The notes beneath the pieces were generated by a model, which made no database searches, was not told the DNA's origin, and saw only the letters and a program-made list of their open reading frames with translations. A stretch of 63,833 nt of DNA, counting the filler, from Octopus bimaculoides (Eukaryota), in NCBI RefSeq assembly GCF_001194135.2. It is 4 parts of 4 records of this genome, joined end to end, with 100 filler letters (N's around TTAATTAATTAA, not from the genome) between each part and the next. Parts side by side here need not be neighbours in the genome. Positions count along the whole stretch, not along the records: positions 1 to 31,849 come from NC_068984.1; 3 more parts are not named here. One strand, written 5' to 3'. A program made the position numbers and the translations under genes. This document shows positions 1 through 11,042 of the stretch, piece after piece; positions within the stretch are counted from its first letter, which is position 1; every line of letters starts with the position of its first letter.

Positions 1-10
1 GCATCACATC

Positions 11-16
11 TTTATT
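11..16 (-). promoter_or_regulatory. Candidate polyadenylation signal AATAAA
   Basis: TTTATT at 11-16 on the + strand, about 240 nt downstream of the stop at 254 on the BROMI strand. The sequence is AT-rich, so a chance match is possible. Confidence 0.4.
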
Positions 17-157
17 TAATTTATATTTGGTTCATTAAACATTGATGATGGTGGTGTTGATAAATAGAATTTGAACACAAATTTAATCTATGATTGGATG
101 CAAATGTTGCTCTAGAAGCAAATCATTCATATTTTAATCTAAGTAGTCATTTCTCAC

Positions 158-295
158 CAATCATTGCTTCCAATTCACACCACTTTGTATAGCAGTTAAT
201 GTCAATAATGTAAACTTTTGGGGGATTTTGGAATATTCTTTGACAATGGGCTCTTAGATGTTTGCTGAGTGTCGAAAACAAATAACAATTATTCC
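158..295 (-). CDS. TBC1D32: Alternative candidate BROMI internal exon, (G)NNCYLFSTLSKHLRAHCQRIFQNPPKVYIIDINCYTKWCELEAMI
   Basis: Pyrimidine-rich acceptor TTTTCTCTCTCAAG, donor GTGAGA; 138 nt, phase 1->1. HCQRIF resembles recalled HCERFL. Confidence 0.4.
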
Positions 296-387
296 CTTGA
301 GAGAGAAAATATTTCCAAAGTCTATGTTTTCCAATGATTTAGCTAATCTTTGTGATACTGTTTGAAAGTCTGGCATTATTACACTAT
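254..387 (-). CDS. TBC1D32: Candidate BROMI terminal coding exon, (D)SVIMPDFQTVSQRLAKSLENIDFGNIFSLKGIIVICFRHSANI*
   Basis: CATACAG acceptor in phase 1; open to TAA at 256-254; AATAAA on the minus strand at 16-11. Weak similarity to recalled [20 protein letters not shown]. Confidence 0.5.
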
Positions 388-619
388 CTGTATGTGAATC
401 ATTAATTAGAATAATAAGATTTTAGAAGCTTGGTGTGCAGAATATATAAACTACACATTTTATTTATGCATCCAGGATTTAATAAATATGTGTACAGAAT
501 AAAAGAAACTGCACACATTATATTTGTTTTCGACATTGTATTGACTTATTTATCATTCATTAGGCCCATGTTTGAAAAGGACTGGTGTTAATTGACCAAA
601 TTAAAACTAATGTATTACT

Positions 620-1000
620 GGTAGGCAACGATGAAACAAATTAACCTCAAGTTAGGAGGATCCTCAGCATTAGATAACAAGGCAAAATTCCCGGCATAGA
701 ATTGCTCTGGAGTCTACTCCATACTTAGATCTAGACAACTCAGATGGCTAAGGTATGTTACACAAGTGGATGACTCAAGAATCCCCCAAAAAGTGTTGTA
801 TAGAGAATTAGCAAATGAAAGGAGTATAGGACATCCAAAGCTGTGCTTTTAGGACTAATGTAGAACTACATTGAAAGAGTTATCTATTTATGAAGAAAAA
901 TGGAAAGAGTCAGCAGAGGACCACAGCAAGTGGAGATCAGCTGTGCATAGAGGAGCCAAAGCTTTTGAAGACATCTGCATTGAATATAGGTAGGAGGCAA
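620..1000 (+). mobile_element. RTE-clade LINE 3' fragment (decayed)
   Basis: SRQLRWLRYVTQVDDSRIPQKVLYRELAN...KWRSAVHRGAKAFE with stops; same family as 51680-52060. Confidence 0.7.
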
Positions 1001-1686
1001 GACAAAATTATAAGTGTATAACAGTGATAGACACTTCTGCCTCAACCTTGCTCTACAACGTTGAGGCAGAAGTATGTTTAATTATCTTTGTTGTTTTTAC
1101 GAGATTTGTTTACAACAAATCTTTTAGAATAATATATGTAATTATATAGAAAATGACTAATGAACATATAATAAACTGATTTGTTATGTAATTATTTAGA
1201 TTATTAAGTAAATAGTAGTTGAAGGCTATATAGTTATAAATTATATGTAAATATTGAGCAATGTTAAAGTAATATCTACAACAGGTATTGTCAAAGATCA
1301 TGATGCATGTGCTTAGGGTTTATCAGCTATGAAAGGTACTGTCTGGGAAGAGGTTAATTGAAGTTGGACACAAGAATTGAAGAAGTTATTGTCTCAACAA
1401 TACCATTGACCAATGAGAAAAATGTCAAAGATACATAAAGTTAATTGCTGGTATTCAGAAATAATTGTGAAATAATATTATAAGCAGACAGTACTGGGAT
1501 GACAAAGACTGCTGTATATTTACCGAATGGCTAATGTAATACCATGAAGTTGCTGTGGAGACAGATTAGGACAAAAATCTGTAAGGAGAGAAAGAAAATA
1601 TTATTGAATAGATAATAATAATAAGACACAAGATGTCAAAATATCGTTCACTAGATGGCAATGGCACTCTTCTTTTCATTTTGATT

Positions 1687-1720
<34 letters not shown>

Positions 1721-1744
1721 TAATAATAATAATAATAATAATAA

Positions 1745-1870
1745 GGGGATGTCAGAAACATCTAGACAATATCCCAGGAGAACCATGTTTAAAAGAAATC
1801 CAAAAGATTGTGCTGACAAGTACTGCCCACATCCTTACAAAAACCCTATCAATTTAGATGTCTGTGTTGT
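1745..1870 (+). mobile_element. C-terminal fragment of an RLE-type (R4/Dong-like) LINE next to an (AAT)n array
   Basis: KHLDNIPGEPCLKEIQKIVLTSTAHILTKTLSI* resembles the RLE C-terminal LQK..L.GTAHILRK motif; directly follows (AAT)n at about 1690-1744. Confidence 0.6.
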
Positions 1871-1879
1871 ATTACATGG

Positions 1880-3005
1880 GGATATTTCACTACTGCCCCT
1901 GCCACTTCCCCTCCCCAAGCTTTCAGTCATACTGTAACATCTCTTATCCTTCACTTGCGCTAGGACGCTAGGTATGCCTCGGCAAGTGATTGCAACAGAC
2001 TTTAGATTAAAAGAAATAGCCGCCACCAGCCAGCATACATTTATTTCGGTGGGATGGGGGGGGGGCATCTCTCCAATTTTAATTTTCGTCATGTGCCGAC
2101 CAAGGTATGTCAGCACAAGCATTAATTCATCTGTTTTTAGGGGCTCAGTGGAATGCTGTCTTGCTTCCTTCTCTGTTGCTAAATGCACTTCCACCATACT
2201 GAAGTGTTTTCCTCTTGTCACATAGGTTTCGTTGGTCCAGATCGGTCTGAGGGCCATTTCCAACTGTTGTTGGCTGGCTCATTCTAGCCTTTTCTTCTTG
2301 ATGTTTAAAACTCTGTATATTACTGATTTTCAATCCACCTCCTTGATTAATTCCTGAGGAGTGCTAAGGAAGACATTGTTTCCTTCCTTCCTTAACAACT
2401 CCTTTACATTTTGTAGTTCATTTTTTGTGAAATTCAACATTTCTTTTGTCTGCTTTGCTGCTGAGGCGAAACCGTTGCCGCTAGATTTGCTGTTCGTGTT
2501 TGTGGTGTCAGTGTCATTCTTTTTTGTTTCTTTTCTTTCTTCCTCCTTCTCATTTTCAAGAACAATTTCTTGGTTTGCTATATTTTCTTTGTTGTTGTTG
2601 GTGCTGGTGTTGGCATTGCTGCTAGTGATTGTGCTGCTTAGAGGGAGGGAAATCTTGATTGTCAGAACAGCCACTGCCACTCACCTCAACAGAAAAAGCT
2701 ATCTTGTTTTTTTTCGTCAAACGAAAAAAATAAAATGTTTTTTAAATGGACAAAAAGTCCAAAATTCACCCCTAAAAGGGGGGAATTTTTCTGCACACCA
2801 AAAGGGGTTCGGAAAGCAAAAACCAACAAACAAACAGTCAATAAACTTGATAAAATAACAACAAATTTCAAACTGATGGAGCTGAGAAAAACACGTCTTA
2901 CGATGATGACGACGATGACAACAACAATAATAATAAAGACTGAGCTAAAATCTGATATAGTGGAAATATGAAACACCGACAGCTGAGAACAAGTGATGGC
3001 AAGAC
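1880..3005 (-). pseudogene. Decayed gag/ORF1-like gene, a diverged paralogue of the 54-55 kb element
   Basis: ORFs 2330-2680 and 1835-2263 share one frame broken by TGA at 2332-2330 and 2281-2279. KSVIYRV..EMALR..TYVTRG..LTYLGR..I.VCWLVAA aligns to KTITYRV..EKALR..MYITKG..PTYLGR..IEVAWVAAA. Confidence 0.75.
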
Positions 3006-3085
3006 ACTTAGATAAAACTTAAATAGAAAGAAAAAAAAAATCAAATTAATACATAAATTAAAAATTGGGAATTAACTCAACAAAC

Positions 3086-3163
3086 CTGATATTGTCTGAG
3101 ATACTTCAGTTGAAGTAGATTCTAGTAGCACTAATATAGTTTGTTCTAGAAGTTGCTGGTTCA
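3086..3163 (-). CDS. TBC1D32: BROMI coding exon, (V)NQQLLEQTILVLLESTSTEVSQTIS
   Basis: TTATTCTTCAG acceptor, donor GTTTGT (weaker); 78 nt, phase 1->1. QLLEQTILVLLES aligns to recalled ELLEKFVLHLTES. Confidence 0.7.
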
Positions 3164-3459
3164 CTGAAGAATAATTGATAATAACAGAGTTATAATAAGG
3201 TGAGATGTGGGTAATGATCACATGCATGCACACACATAAATTAAGGTATACATAATAGCATGTAAATAAATATTAGGTTGAAATAGCACCTAAATAAACA
3301 TAAGGTTCTGACAGATTAATGATGTTTGTTAAAAGAGAGAGAGAAGGAGGGAGGAAGGGCAGTAATCCTTTTTTGGATAGAAAATGTTGATGGCCATTTG
3401 ATTTTTTCTTTCCAATAGGGTTTTCAGACCTAATATTTATAAAAAGGGTAATCAGGGTA

Positions 3460-3783
3460 AAGACTCCCTTCAGTTACAAAAAATGGCCATGAGATTGCAC
3501 CTAAAAAGTCCTCCTCCAAGGCACATGTCTGGGCAAGGTTGTTTATGGAAGACCAGAAGTTGCATTTGCATGCCAGCCTCCCCTCTCTATGTCACCAATG
3601 TTATCCAAGAGCAAGGCAAAGGCACCTGTGATGTTGCAACTCATTTCTACAGCTGAGTGAAATGGAGCAACATGAAATAAAGTGTCCTGCTCAAGAACAC
3701 AACCCATAACCTGGTCCAGGAATCAAACTCACTACCTCATGACTGTGAGCCCAACACTCTAACCACTGAGCAATGCCCTCCAC
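3460..3783 (-). mobile_element. tRNA-type SINE (family E in this report)
   Basis: Box A/B-like head (CTCAGTGGTTAGAG..GAGTTTGATTCC on minus); homologous to 24375-24692. Confidence 0.75.
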
Positions 3784-4368
3784 TAGAAATAACAGTATTA
3801 ATGATGTTTGTTGAGAGAGAAGGTAGTAATCTGTTTTGGGATAGAAAATGTTGATGACTGCTTTGACGTTTTCTTTCTAAAAAGTTTTCCAACCTAATGT
3901 TTATATGCTGTTATTTATAGCTTTATGTGATGTGCTTTGTGAGCCAATATTTCAAAAATAATTATTTCATGCACTCTTGAGAGTTTATAAGTTCTTATGA
4001 CCTCAACTACACACACATAAATTATTTTGACTTGGCACAATGCTGTAGTTTGAAGGTGAAGAGTGTGATATATTACTGGTACATAACAATTCCACAGACG
4101 CCAACTGTGGAAAGATTTTACTTAAGGATGTTGGGAGATAACATTAAATACAGTACATAGTTTAGTCTGGCACTGTACAATTTTGGCAACTTACAACCTT
4201 TATACATCCAATAAAAGCAAATCTTCCCTTTTGGAGCTGGCATGCTACGTCTCGGACACATGGCATCTTCACAGGAATAAATGACTTAGTTGTTTTTTTC
4301 CCAGAGAAGTATGAAGTAGAAAAAAAAAGTTTTCTTTTTATTTATTTATTTTTCTGAAACACCTCAGA

Positions 4369-4667
4369 CAAGTGTCTTCTACTATAGCCCTGGGTCAACC
4401 AAAATTTTGTGAGTGAGCTTGGTAGATGGAAACTGAAAAAAAGCCCTTCATGTATATGTGTGTGTTTGTGTTTGTCCCATCTTGCATTGACAATATCACC
4501 TTCCTACAACTGATGTGGTTTCTTTCCAATCTGTGAATTACATGTATGTCCATAGGGAAATATGACCTTGTTTGAAAACAGGTAAGGGTTAGCAACAGGA
4601 AGGGCATACAGCCATAGAAAATTTGCCTCAACAAAATTTGTCTGCTTCATGCAGGTTTGGAAAAGTG
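4369..4667 (+). mobile_element. Partial SINE (CORE-like segment with a different 3' half)
   Basis: CAAGTGTCTTCTACTATAGCC core shared with family A; 3' half differs. Confidence 0.6.
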
Positions 4668-4839
4668 AGGCGCAGGAGTGGCTGTGTGGTAAGTAGCTTG
4701 CTTACCAACCACATGGTTCCGGGTTCAGTCCCACTGCGTGGCATCTTGGGCAAGTGTCTTCTACTATAGTCTCGGGCTGACCAAAGCCTTGTTAGTGGAT
4801 TTGGTAGATGGAAACTGAAAGAAGCCCATCATATATATG

Positions 4840-4870
<31 letters not shown>

Positions 4871-5080
4871 TTGTGTGTCTGTGTTTGTCCCCCTAGCATT
4901 GCTTGACAACCGATGCTGGTGTGTTTATGTCCCCATCACTTAGTGGTTCGGCAAAAGAGACCGATAGAACAAGTACTGGACTTACAAAGAACAAGTCCCG
5001 GGGTTGATTTGCTCAACTAAAAGTGGTGCTCCAGCATGGCCACAGTCAAATGACTGAAACAAGTAAAAGAGTAAAAGAGT
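4668..5080 (+). mobile_element. Full-length octopus-type SINE (family A, CORE-like domain, internal TA/TG microsatellite, GTAAAAGA tail)
   Basis: tRNA-like head GCAGGAGTGGCTGTGTGGTAAG..GGTTCAGTCCC; at least 12 related copies in this window. Confidence 0.85.
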
Positions 5081-5915
5081 ATTAAGATGATGATGATTTT
5101 TCTTTTTTTCTAATGAATATGAAGCTAAAAAAACAACAAGATTTTTAGGTCTGTTATTCTTAGGGTCCTCATTTTTCTGAAGAACATTAGTAATGTAAAG
5201 TGAAAAGAAAGAGCCAGAAATGAGAATGAAAAATGAGTTGTAGACTTGGTTTGTTGGAGCTTACCTGCTATTTATCAGTGCCTGCAGATTTACATAAAAA
5301 CACATGTGCAAACATACAACAAGACACAAACGCACTTTAACAACACAGAGACACACATGCTCACACAGCAACACACATAAACATACAATGAAAATACAAA
5401 CACGCACCTTTAACAAGAAACACATGCTTCCACTCACAGCAATGTAAACATTCACAATAACACTCACACAATACCACAGAGACATCAGTAATATTTCTGC
5501 AACAGTGTGGCAAATAGTCAGCAGTGATGGTAATCTGGTTAGTTACAATGGCACACACACCATACACATACGCACATACACACACCACAGACATGCACAT
5601 GCACACGCACACACCACAGACACACAATATGTCTTTGTCACTGTGGTTAGAAAATTGTGGATCAGAAGTACATAATTGAGTTAAATAGTAGAAATATCTG
5701 TTGATATTCTGACAGTATTAATGATGTTTGTAGAGAGAGGGAGAGGGAGAAAGAGAGAGAGAAGAAGAGAGACACAGAGAGAGAAGGAGAGAGAGAGAGA
5801 GAGGGGGGAGATAAATAGATAGATAGAGAGACAGAGGGAGAGAGACAGGGCAGTAATGTTGAAAGTTGATAAATGTTGCAATGGCCTAATACCATCAACT
5901 GAAGAATAAGTACAG

Positions 5916-5947
<32 letters not shown>

Positions 5948-6399
5948 ATGCGTGTGTGTGTGTGTGTGCGTGTGTGTGTGTGTTGTGGTTTGTGAGCTCA
6001 GTCTCTGATACAGCATTTGCTTGAACTCAACTCAGCCTGGATCAAGTAGAATATATTCCAGTTGTGACCAATCTACTTTTGTTTTTTTAGAGCATAGTGT
6101 ATCTAAGACTTCATAATCCACTGAGTCTGTCTATTTTTTTTGTAAAGATATTGATGTGATTTAAAGGACCTCTGACTACTGTTACTAGCAGATTGATCAA
6201 TTTCACTGAAGCTTTCTCTCTGGTACGTTACATTATTAATCGTTAAGAACTTCATTAAACATTAAGTTCTATATGTGATTGTTATTGTTTAATTCCAGGT
6301 CAGCTCTGAATGAGCAGGCCTATAATCAAAAGGTATTTCAGCTGTGCCCCTCCTATCATAAATTGAGTCATACTATATACAGGACAATCTTGTCAATGT

Positions 6400-6660
6400 A
6401 TTCTCCATAGTACATGTAGGATTACATGATCAATGTGTACCCATGATACATGTAATACATTATCAATGTGTCCCGTCTGTGTAGAACAATGTTATCAAAG
6501 TGTCTCCCACATGCAGGACAACACTATCAGTGTGCCCCCAACATGTAGCACATTATCGATATGTACCTGAAGTGTTGGATATCATGATCAATGTGTTCCC
6601 TATAGGATGACTGTATCCTATGACTGTATGTAGGATGACTGTATCCCTGTAGCTACTAGA
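6400..6660. repeat. Degenerate minisatellite of about 30 bp (ACATTATCAATGTGTCCC-like)
   Basis: Recurrent ATCAATGTGT motif at roughly regular spacing. Confidence 0.55.
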
Positions 6661-6958
6661 TACAGAGTATCTACAATTGTATCATCCGATAATTCCTTTC
6701 TTCCTTTTATGATAGTAGAGTGTAATTTGAAGGAGAATTGACTGCTTTTGGAGAAGGTCAAGTAAACTTAGCATAAGAACCCTTCTTATTTATTTGTTGA
6801 AATGACTGATGTTATGAAGAGCATACAGTTGTAAAATATATTTAAAAATTTTAATGAAAATATTAAGATTTGAAAAATACATCATTTACATTAGAAGGAA
6901 AATAATGGTGTTAAAAATATGTTATCATTTGATTAAGGCAATGGAAGGGCCATAGCAT

Positions 6959-7171
6959 TTAACCCTTTAGCATTTAAACTGGCCACATCTGGCACAAATA
7001 TGCTACCTGTTTTATGTTCTAACCAGCTAGGTCCAGCCTGTTACACCTACTCTTCAATGCCATTCTAAACATATACAATCACATCTAAATTTCAAAGCTA
7101 TGATTAATTTAAAACAGTTTGAATGAAAAAGCATTACATTTGATAGAATAATTTGAATGCTAAAGGATTAA
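6959..7171. mobile_element. piggyBac-type MITE
   Basis: TTAA|CCCTTTAGCATT ... AATGCTAAAGGA|TTAA termini; second copy at 44591-44796. Confidence 0.75.
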
Positions 7172-7596
7172 AGGTCCTTCAAAACCTGGTAAATATTAAT
7201 AAAAGTATGATAATGCTGAAGGTACAGAGAGCACTACATTTCAGCATAAAGTATAGGGGTGGATGGGTTAATGTACAATAGAGGTGACACAATGGGGGAG
7301 GGTTTGTTGCAGAACATGGGTTTATATACAGAGGTGTTATTCAGTCAGCGAGTTCAGAGAAGATCATGGCAGTCTCTGATAAAGAGACTCAGGGAGAAGT
7401 CAGAGGAAAGTGGTGGAAGAGTGGGTAAATAAAGAAAGGAATTCAAAAGGTGATGGTGACAGCACCATCCTAAATGTTCATATGCGTATGTGCATTACAT
7501 TTGATTTAACAAATTAAGTCTGAATATATTCAATTAATGTAAACAAATAAGACATGAGATGGAAACAAATAAACAAGCAAATAACACAAAACTCAC

Positions 7597-7719
7597 CAGT
7601 CCGCTGTATATGCTGAGGTTTAGTAGAGAGAATATTGCAAAATACTTCCTGCATTTCAGTCAACCATTCCATGGAAGGTGGAACATCTTGGTCGGGCAAT
7701 AATTTTAGCAAGTCAGGAT
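7597..7719 (-). CDS. TBC1D32: BROMI coding exon, (D)PDLLKLLPDQDVPPSMEWLTEMQEVFCNILSTKPQHIQRT
   Basis: TTATAG acceptor, donor GTGAGT; 123 nt, phase 1->1. Matches recalled DLDKLL..EWIENCQRQFCKMMKAKP. Confidence 0.88.
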
Positions 7720-7904
7720 CTATAATTAAATGAGCACCTGATTAGATAGAGAATTAGTTTTGATGAGATGAAGTTTGGTGTAACTGACACTCTCTTTCTA
7801 ATCAGAAAAATCCAGAGGAAATTCTTAGAAAGGAGTAAAACCTATATGTATTATCTTTTAACCTTGAGAAGACATTGACAAATTAGCATAATTTGTGGTC
7901 TGGT

Positions 7905-8128
7905 AAAATGCACTCATGACGATGCCATGTACAATGCATGTGTCAGTGTCATGTAAAATGCACTTGTGCCAGTGGCATGTAAAAAGAACCCGTCACACTC
8001 TGTAAAGTGGTTGGCATTAGGAAGGTCATCCAGCCAAAACAGACAATTGGAGCCTTGACAGCTCCTGTCAAACTGTCCAACCCGTACCAGCATGGAAAAT
8101 GGACGTTAAATGATGATGATGATGATGG
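7905..8128 (+). mobile_element. RTE-type 3' end or RTE-tailed SINE (family D) ending in (GAT)n
   Basis: GTGGTTGGCATTAGGAAGG..CCAGCATGGAAAATGGACGTTAAATGATGATG; recurs at 31364, 32040, 46690, 48687 and 56079. Confidence 0.75.
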
Positions 8129-8139
8129 TTATTAAGAAA

Positions 8140-9165
8140 AACAACTAGTTGCAGATAGTTTGTGAGAGCTATGGATGCCACGAACAGAAATGTCAGCAAG
8201 GTTGAGAGTTAGCAAAGAGTTCAGCAAGGAATTTAGTGTGCAGATAGGAGCCCATCAAGACCGACTTTTCAGTCTCCTCTTGTTATAACAATTCTCAAGT
8301 CTTTAACAAGAGTTTAGGACCAATTATCAATGGGGATTTTTGTATGCTGATGACATGTTCTGCAGAATCTGACAAAAAAAAAATTGAGAAGAAATTCCAA
8401 ACATGGCACTAACACCTAGAATTGAGAGGCCTCAATACAAACCTAGCAATGGTAAATGTTTTAGCAGAAATCAAACATGAGATAGCTTGTTCAATTTGCA
8501 GAAGGGAGTAAGTTGGGACTCTGTATGGTGAGTCAAAAGTTGGAACTGTAGATGCAAAAGAGATGCAGTGAGATCACAGGCAGACTGGCTGAGATGATGT
8601 CATACATAATAGATGCTCAGGAGTAATTAACAGTCAGAGCACTTATGAAATAAATTATTATAAATGTTCTGGATAGAAGGATCCCAGGAAGCAGTTGATT
8701 CATTACCTTAATGTGTTAATTAATAGAATGTTCTTAAAGTGACATAGTCTATGTTGGAATGGAGTAGACAAACCTTGAGGGAACAGAACATTATATGACA
8801 CTTGTGAAACACGCAATGAATGCAACAGATGTGTGAAGTGAACATGTTCTGCTGGATGTGTAATGTTAGTGTGCTCTGTTGAACAAAAATGAATTGAGAA
8901 ACCCACCAACTAAAAGAAAAAAAAACCCCAAAGAAACCCCAGTATGATAGAAATCAGATGTAATATACAAGAAAGGAGATTGCACTGGTATGATCATGTG
9001 ATCAATGTGGAGGATGGCAGTTACGTAATGAAACAGCAAGCCATACAAGTGGAAGGAATCAGTGGATGAGGAACACTGAGGAAGATTTGGAAAAAAAGTG
9101 GTAAAACTTTACAACGGACCACAAATAGTGAGATGTTGTGTTTGGAGAAAATTTGTACATATATA
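8140..9165 (+). mobile_element. Highly decayed RTE LINE reverse transcriptase region, interrupted by unrelated sequence
   Basis: LYADD-like (TTGTATGCTGATGAC) and KKFQTW remnants shared with the 59.6-60.4 kb copy. Confidence 0.55.
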
Positions 9166-9171
9166 CATACA

Positions 9172-9206
<35 letters not shown>

Positions 9207-10139
9207 NNNNNNNNNNNNNNNNNNNNNNNNNNNNNNNNNNNNNNNNNNNNNNNNNNNNNNNNNNNNNNNNNNNNNNNNNNNNNNNNNNNNNNNNNNNNNN
9301 NNNNNNNNNNNNNNNNNNNNNNNNNNNNNNNNNNNNNNNNNNNNNNNNNNNNNNNNNNNNNNNNNNNNNNNNNNNNNNNNNNNNNNNNNNNNNNNNNNNN
9401 NNNNNNNNNNNNNNNNNNNNNNNNNNNNNNNNNNNNNNNNNNNNNNNNNNNNNNNNNNNNNNNNNNNNNNNNNNNNNNNNNNNNNNNNNNNNNNNNNNNN
9501 NNNNNNNNNNNNNNNNNNNNNNNNNNNNNNNNNNNNNNNNNNNNNNNNNNNNNNNNNNNNNNNNNNNNNNNNNNNNNNNNNNNNNNNNNNNNNNNNNNNN
9601 NNNNNNNNNNNNNNNNNNNNNNNNNNNNNNNNNNNNNNNNNNNNNNNNNNNNNNNNNNNNNNNNNNNNNNNNNNNNNNNNNNNNNNNNNNNNNNNNNNNN
9701 NNNNNNNNNNNNNNNNNNNNNNNNNNNNNNNNNNNNNNNNNNNNNNNNNNNNNNNNNNNNNNNNNNNNNNNNNNNNNNNNNNNNNNNAAAGTGAGTAGGG
9801 ATTAACAGTTCAACATGATATATCTAATATAATAAATGCGAAAACTAATTTCTGTATTTCAGTGTGACACACTTAAACCGCCTTCTCTCACTATTCAATG
9901 ACTCCTGCTATTCCTCATGATGGGGTGAGAGTAATAGTAGGCATAGAGATGGTGAGGGTGGTGGTGAAGACAGAGAGAGAGAGAGAGAAACAAAGAAAAA
10001 GAGAGGGAGCGAAAGAGAGACAGAGAAATTTAGGGAGAGTTGATGAGGTTTTATTAAAAGCAGTAGTGTTGATGGTGGCAGCGGGAGTAATAAGAAAAGA
10101 GAGAGAAAGAGTGGGTATATGAGAGAGATAGGGAGATGA

Positions 10140-10200
10140 TGTACAGTTTAACCATGTCTCTTTGACAGAAATTCCTGTTGCCAACATACTGAACACTATC
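10140..10200 (-). mobile_element. LINE APE endonuclease N-terminal remnant
   Basis: GISVKETWLN motif only. Confidence 0.35.
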
Positions 10201-10240
10201 ATTTTTGTTTTATCTTTTGCTTTCTTTAATACATACATAC

Positions 10241-10279
<39 letters not shown>

Positions 10280-10675
10280 NNNNNNNNNNNNNNNNNNNNN
10301 NNNNNNNNNNNNNNNNNNNNNNNNNNNNNNNNNNNNNNNNNNNNNNNNNNNNNNNNNNNNNNNNNNNNNNNNNNNNNNNNNNNNNNNNNNNNNNNNNNNN
10401 NNNNNNNNNNNNNNNNNNACACAAATACACGTTCATTATCTATGATATATACACATAGATAATGAACGTGTATTTGTGTTGATTGACAAGCCATGACATT
10501 CATTATATGTGTGTGTATCTATATATATATATATTGTATTTCTCAAAATACAATGTTTATATACCAAAAAGATTTTATAACATTTTTCTAACATTTTTAT
10601 AACATTTTTCTGACATAATTTAAATATATACTTTAACCATGTAACACAAGCCTTCTGTAGTTTTTTCACTCTTAT

Positions 10676-10714
<39 letters not shown>

Positions 10715-10834
10715 TGCACACATATATAAAATACACTTTAATTGAAATAAAGTTTCCCCAAAATTAAATATATCTAATGTAATACATGTGAATGTCAGTA
10801 TGCCACACTTTTTCGACTTTAATGAATCCTTTCT

Positions 10835-11042
10835 ACTGGAAGCACAATGCCTAAAATTTGGGGGAAGGGATTAAGTCGATTACATCAACCCCAGTACATA
10901 ACTGGTATTAATTTTATTGAATCCAAAAGGATGAAAGGCTAAGTTGACCTTGGCGGAATTCGAACTCAAAACCTAATGGCAGACGAAATACCGCTAAGCA
11001 TTTCGCCCGGTGTGCTAATGATTCTCCCAGCTTGCCGCCTTA
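10835..11042 (-). mobile_element. tRNA-type SINE (family C)
   Basis: Homologous to 48274-48510 (GGCGGCGAGCTGGCAGAATC head). Confidence 0.8.

Noticed and set aside
1110-1301. 63-aa minus-strand ORF in a BROMI intron
   Set aside because: AT-rich N/Y/I composition; no usable phase-1 splice sites or homology.
2361-2858. 165-aa hydrophobic plus-strand ORF (similarly 54199-54711 and 54384-54806)
   Set aside because: Antisense shadows of the purine-rich gag/ORF1 sequences.
4668-4740. tRNA gene calls for SINE heads (also at 43500-43575 and 48430-48510)
   Set aside because: Box A/B-like motifs continue into SINE bodies; I could not form a full cloverleaf.
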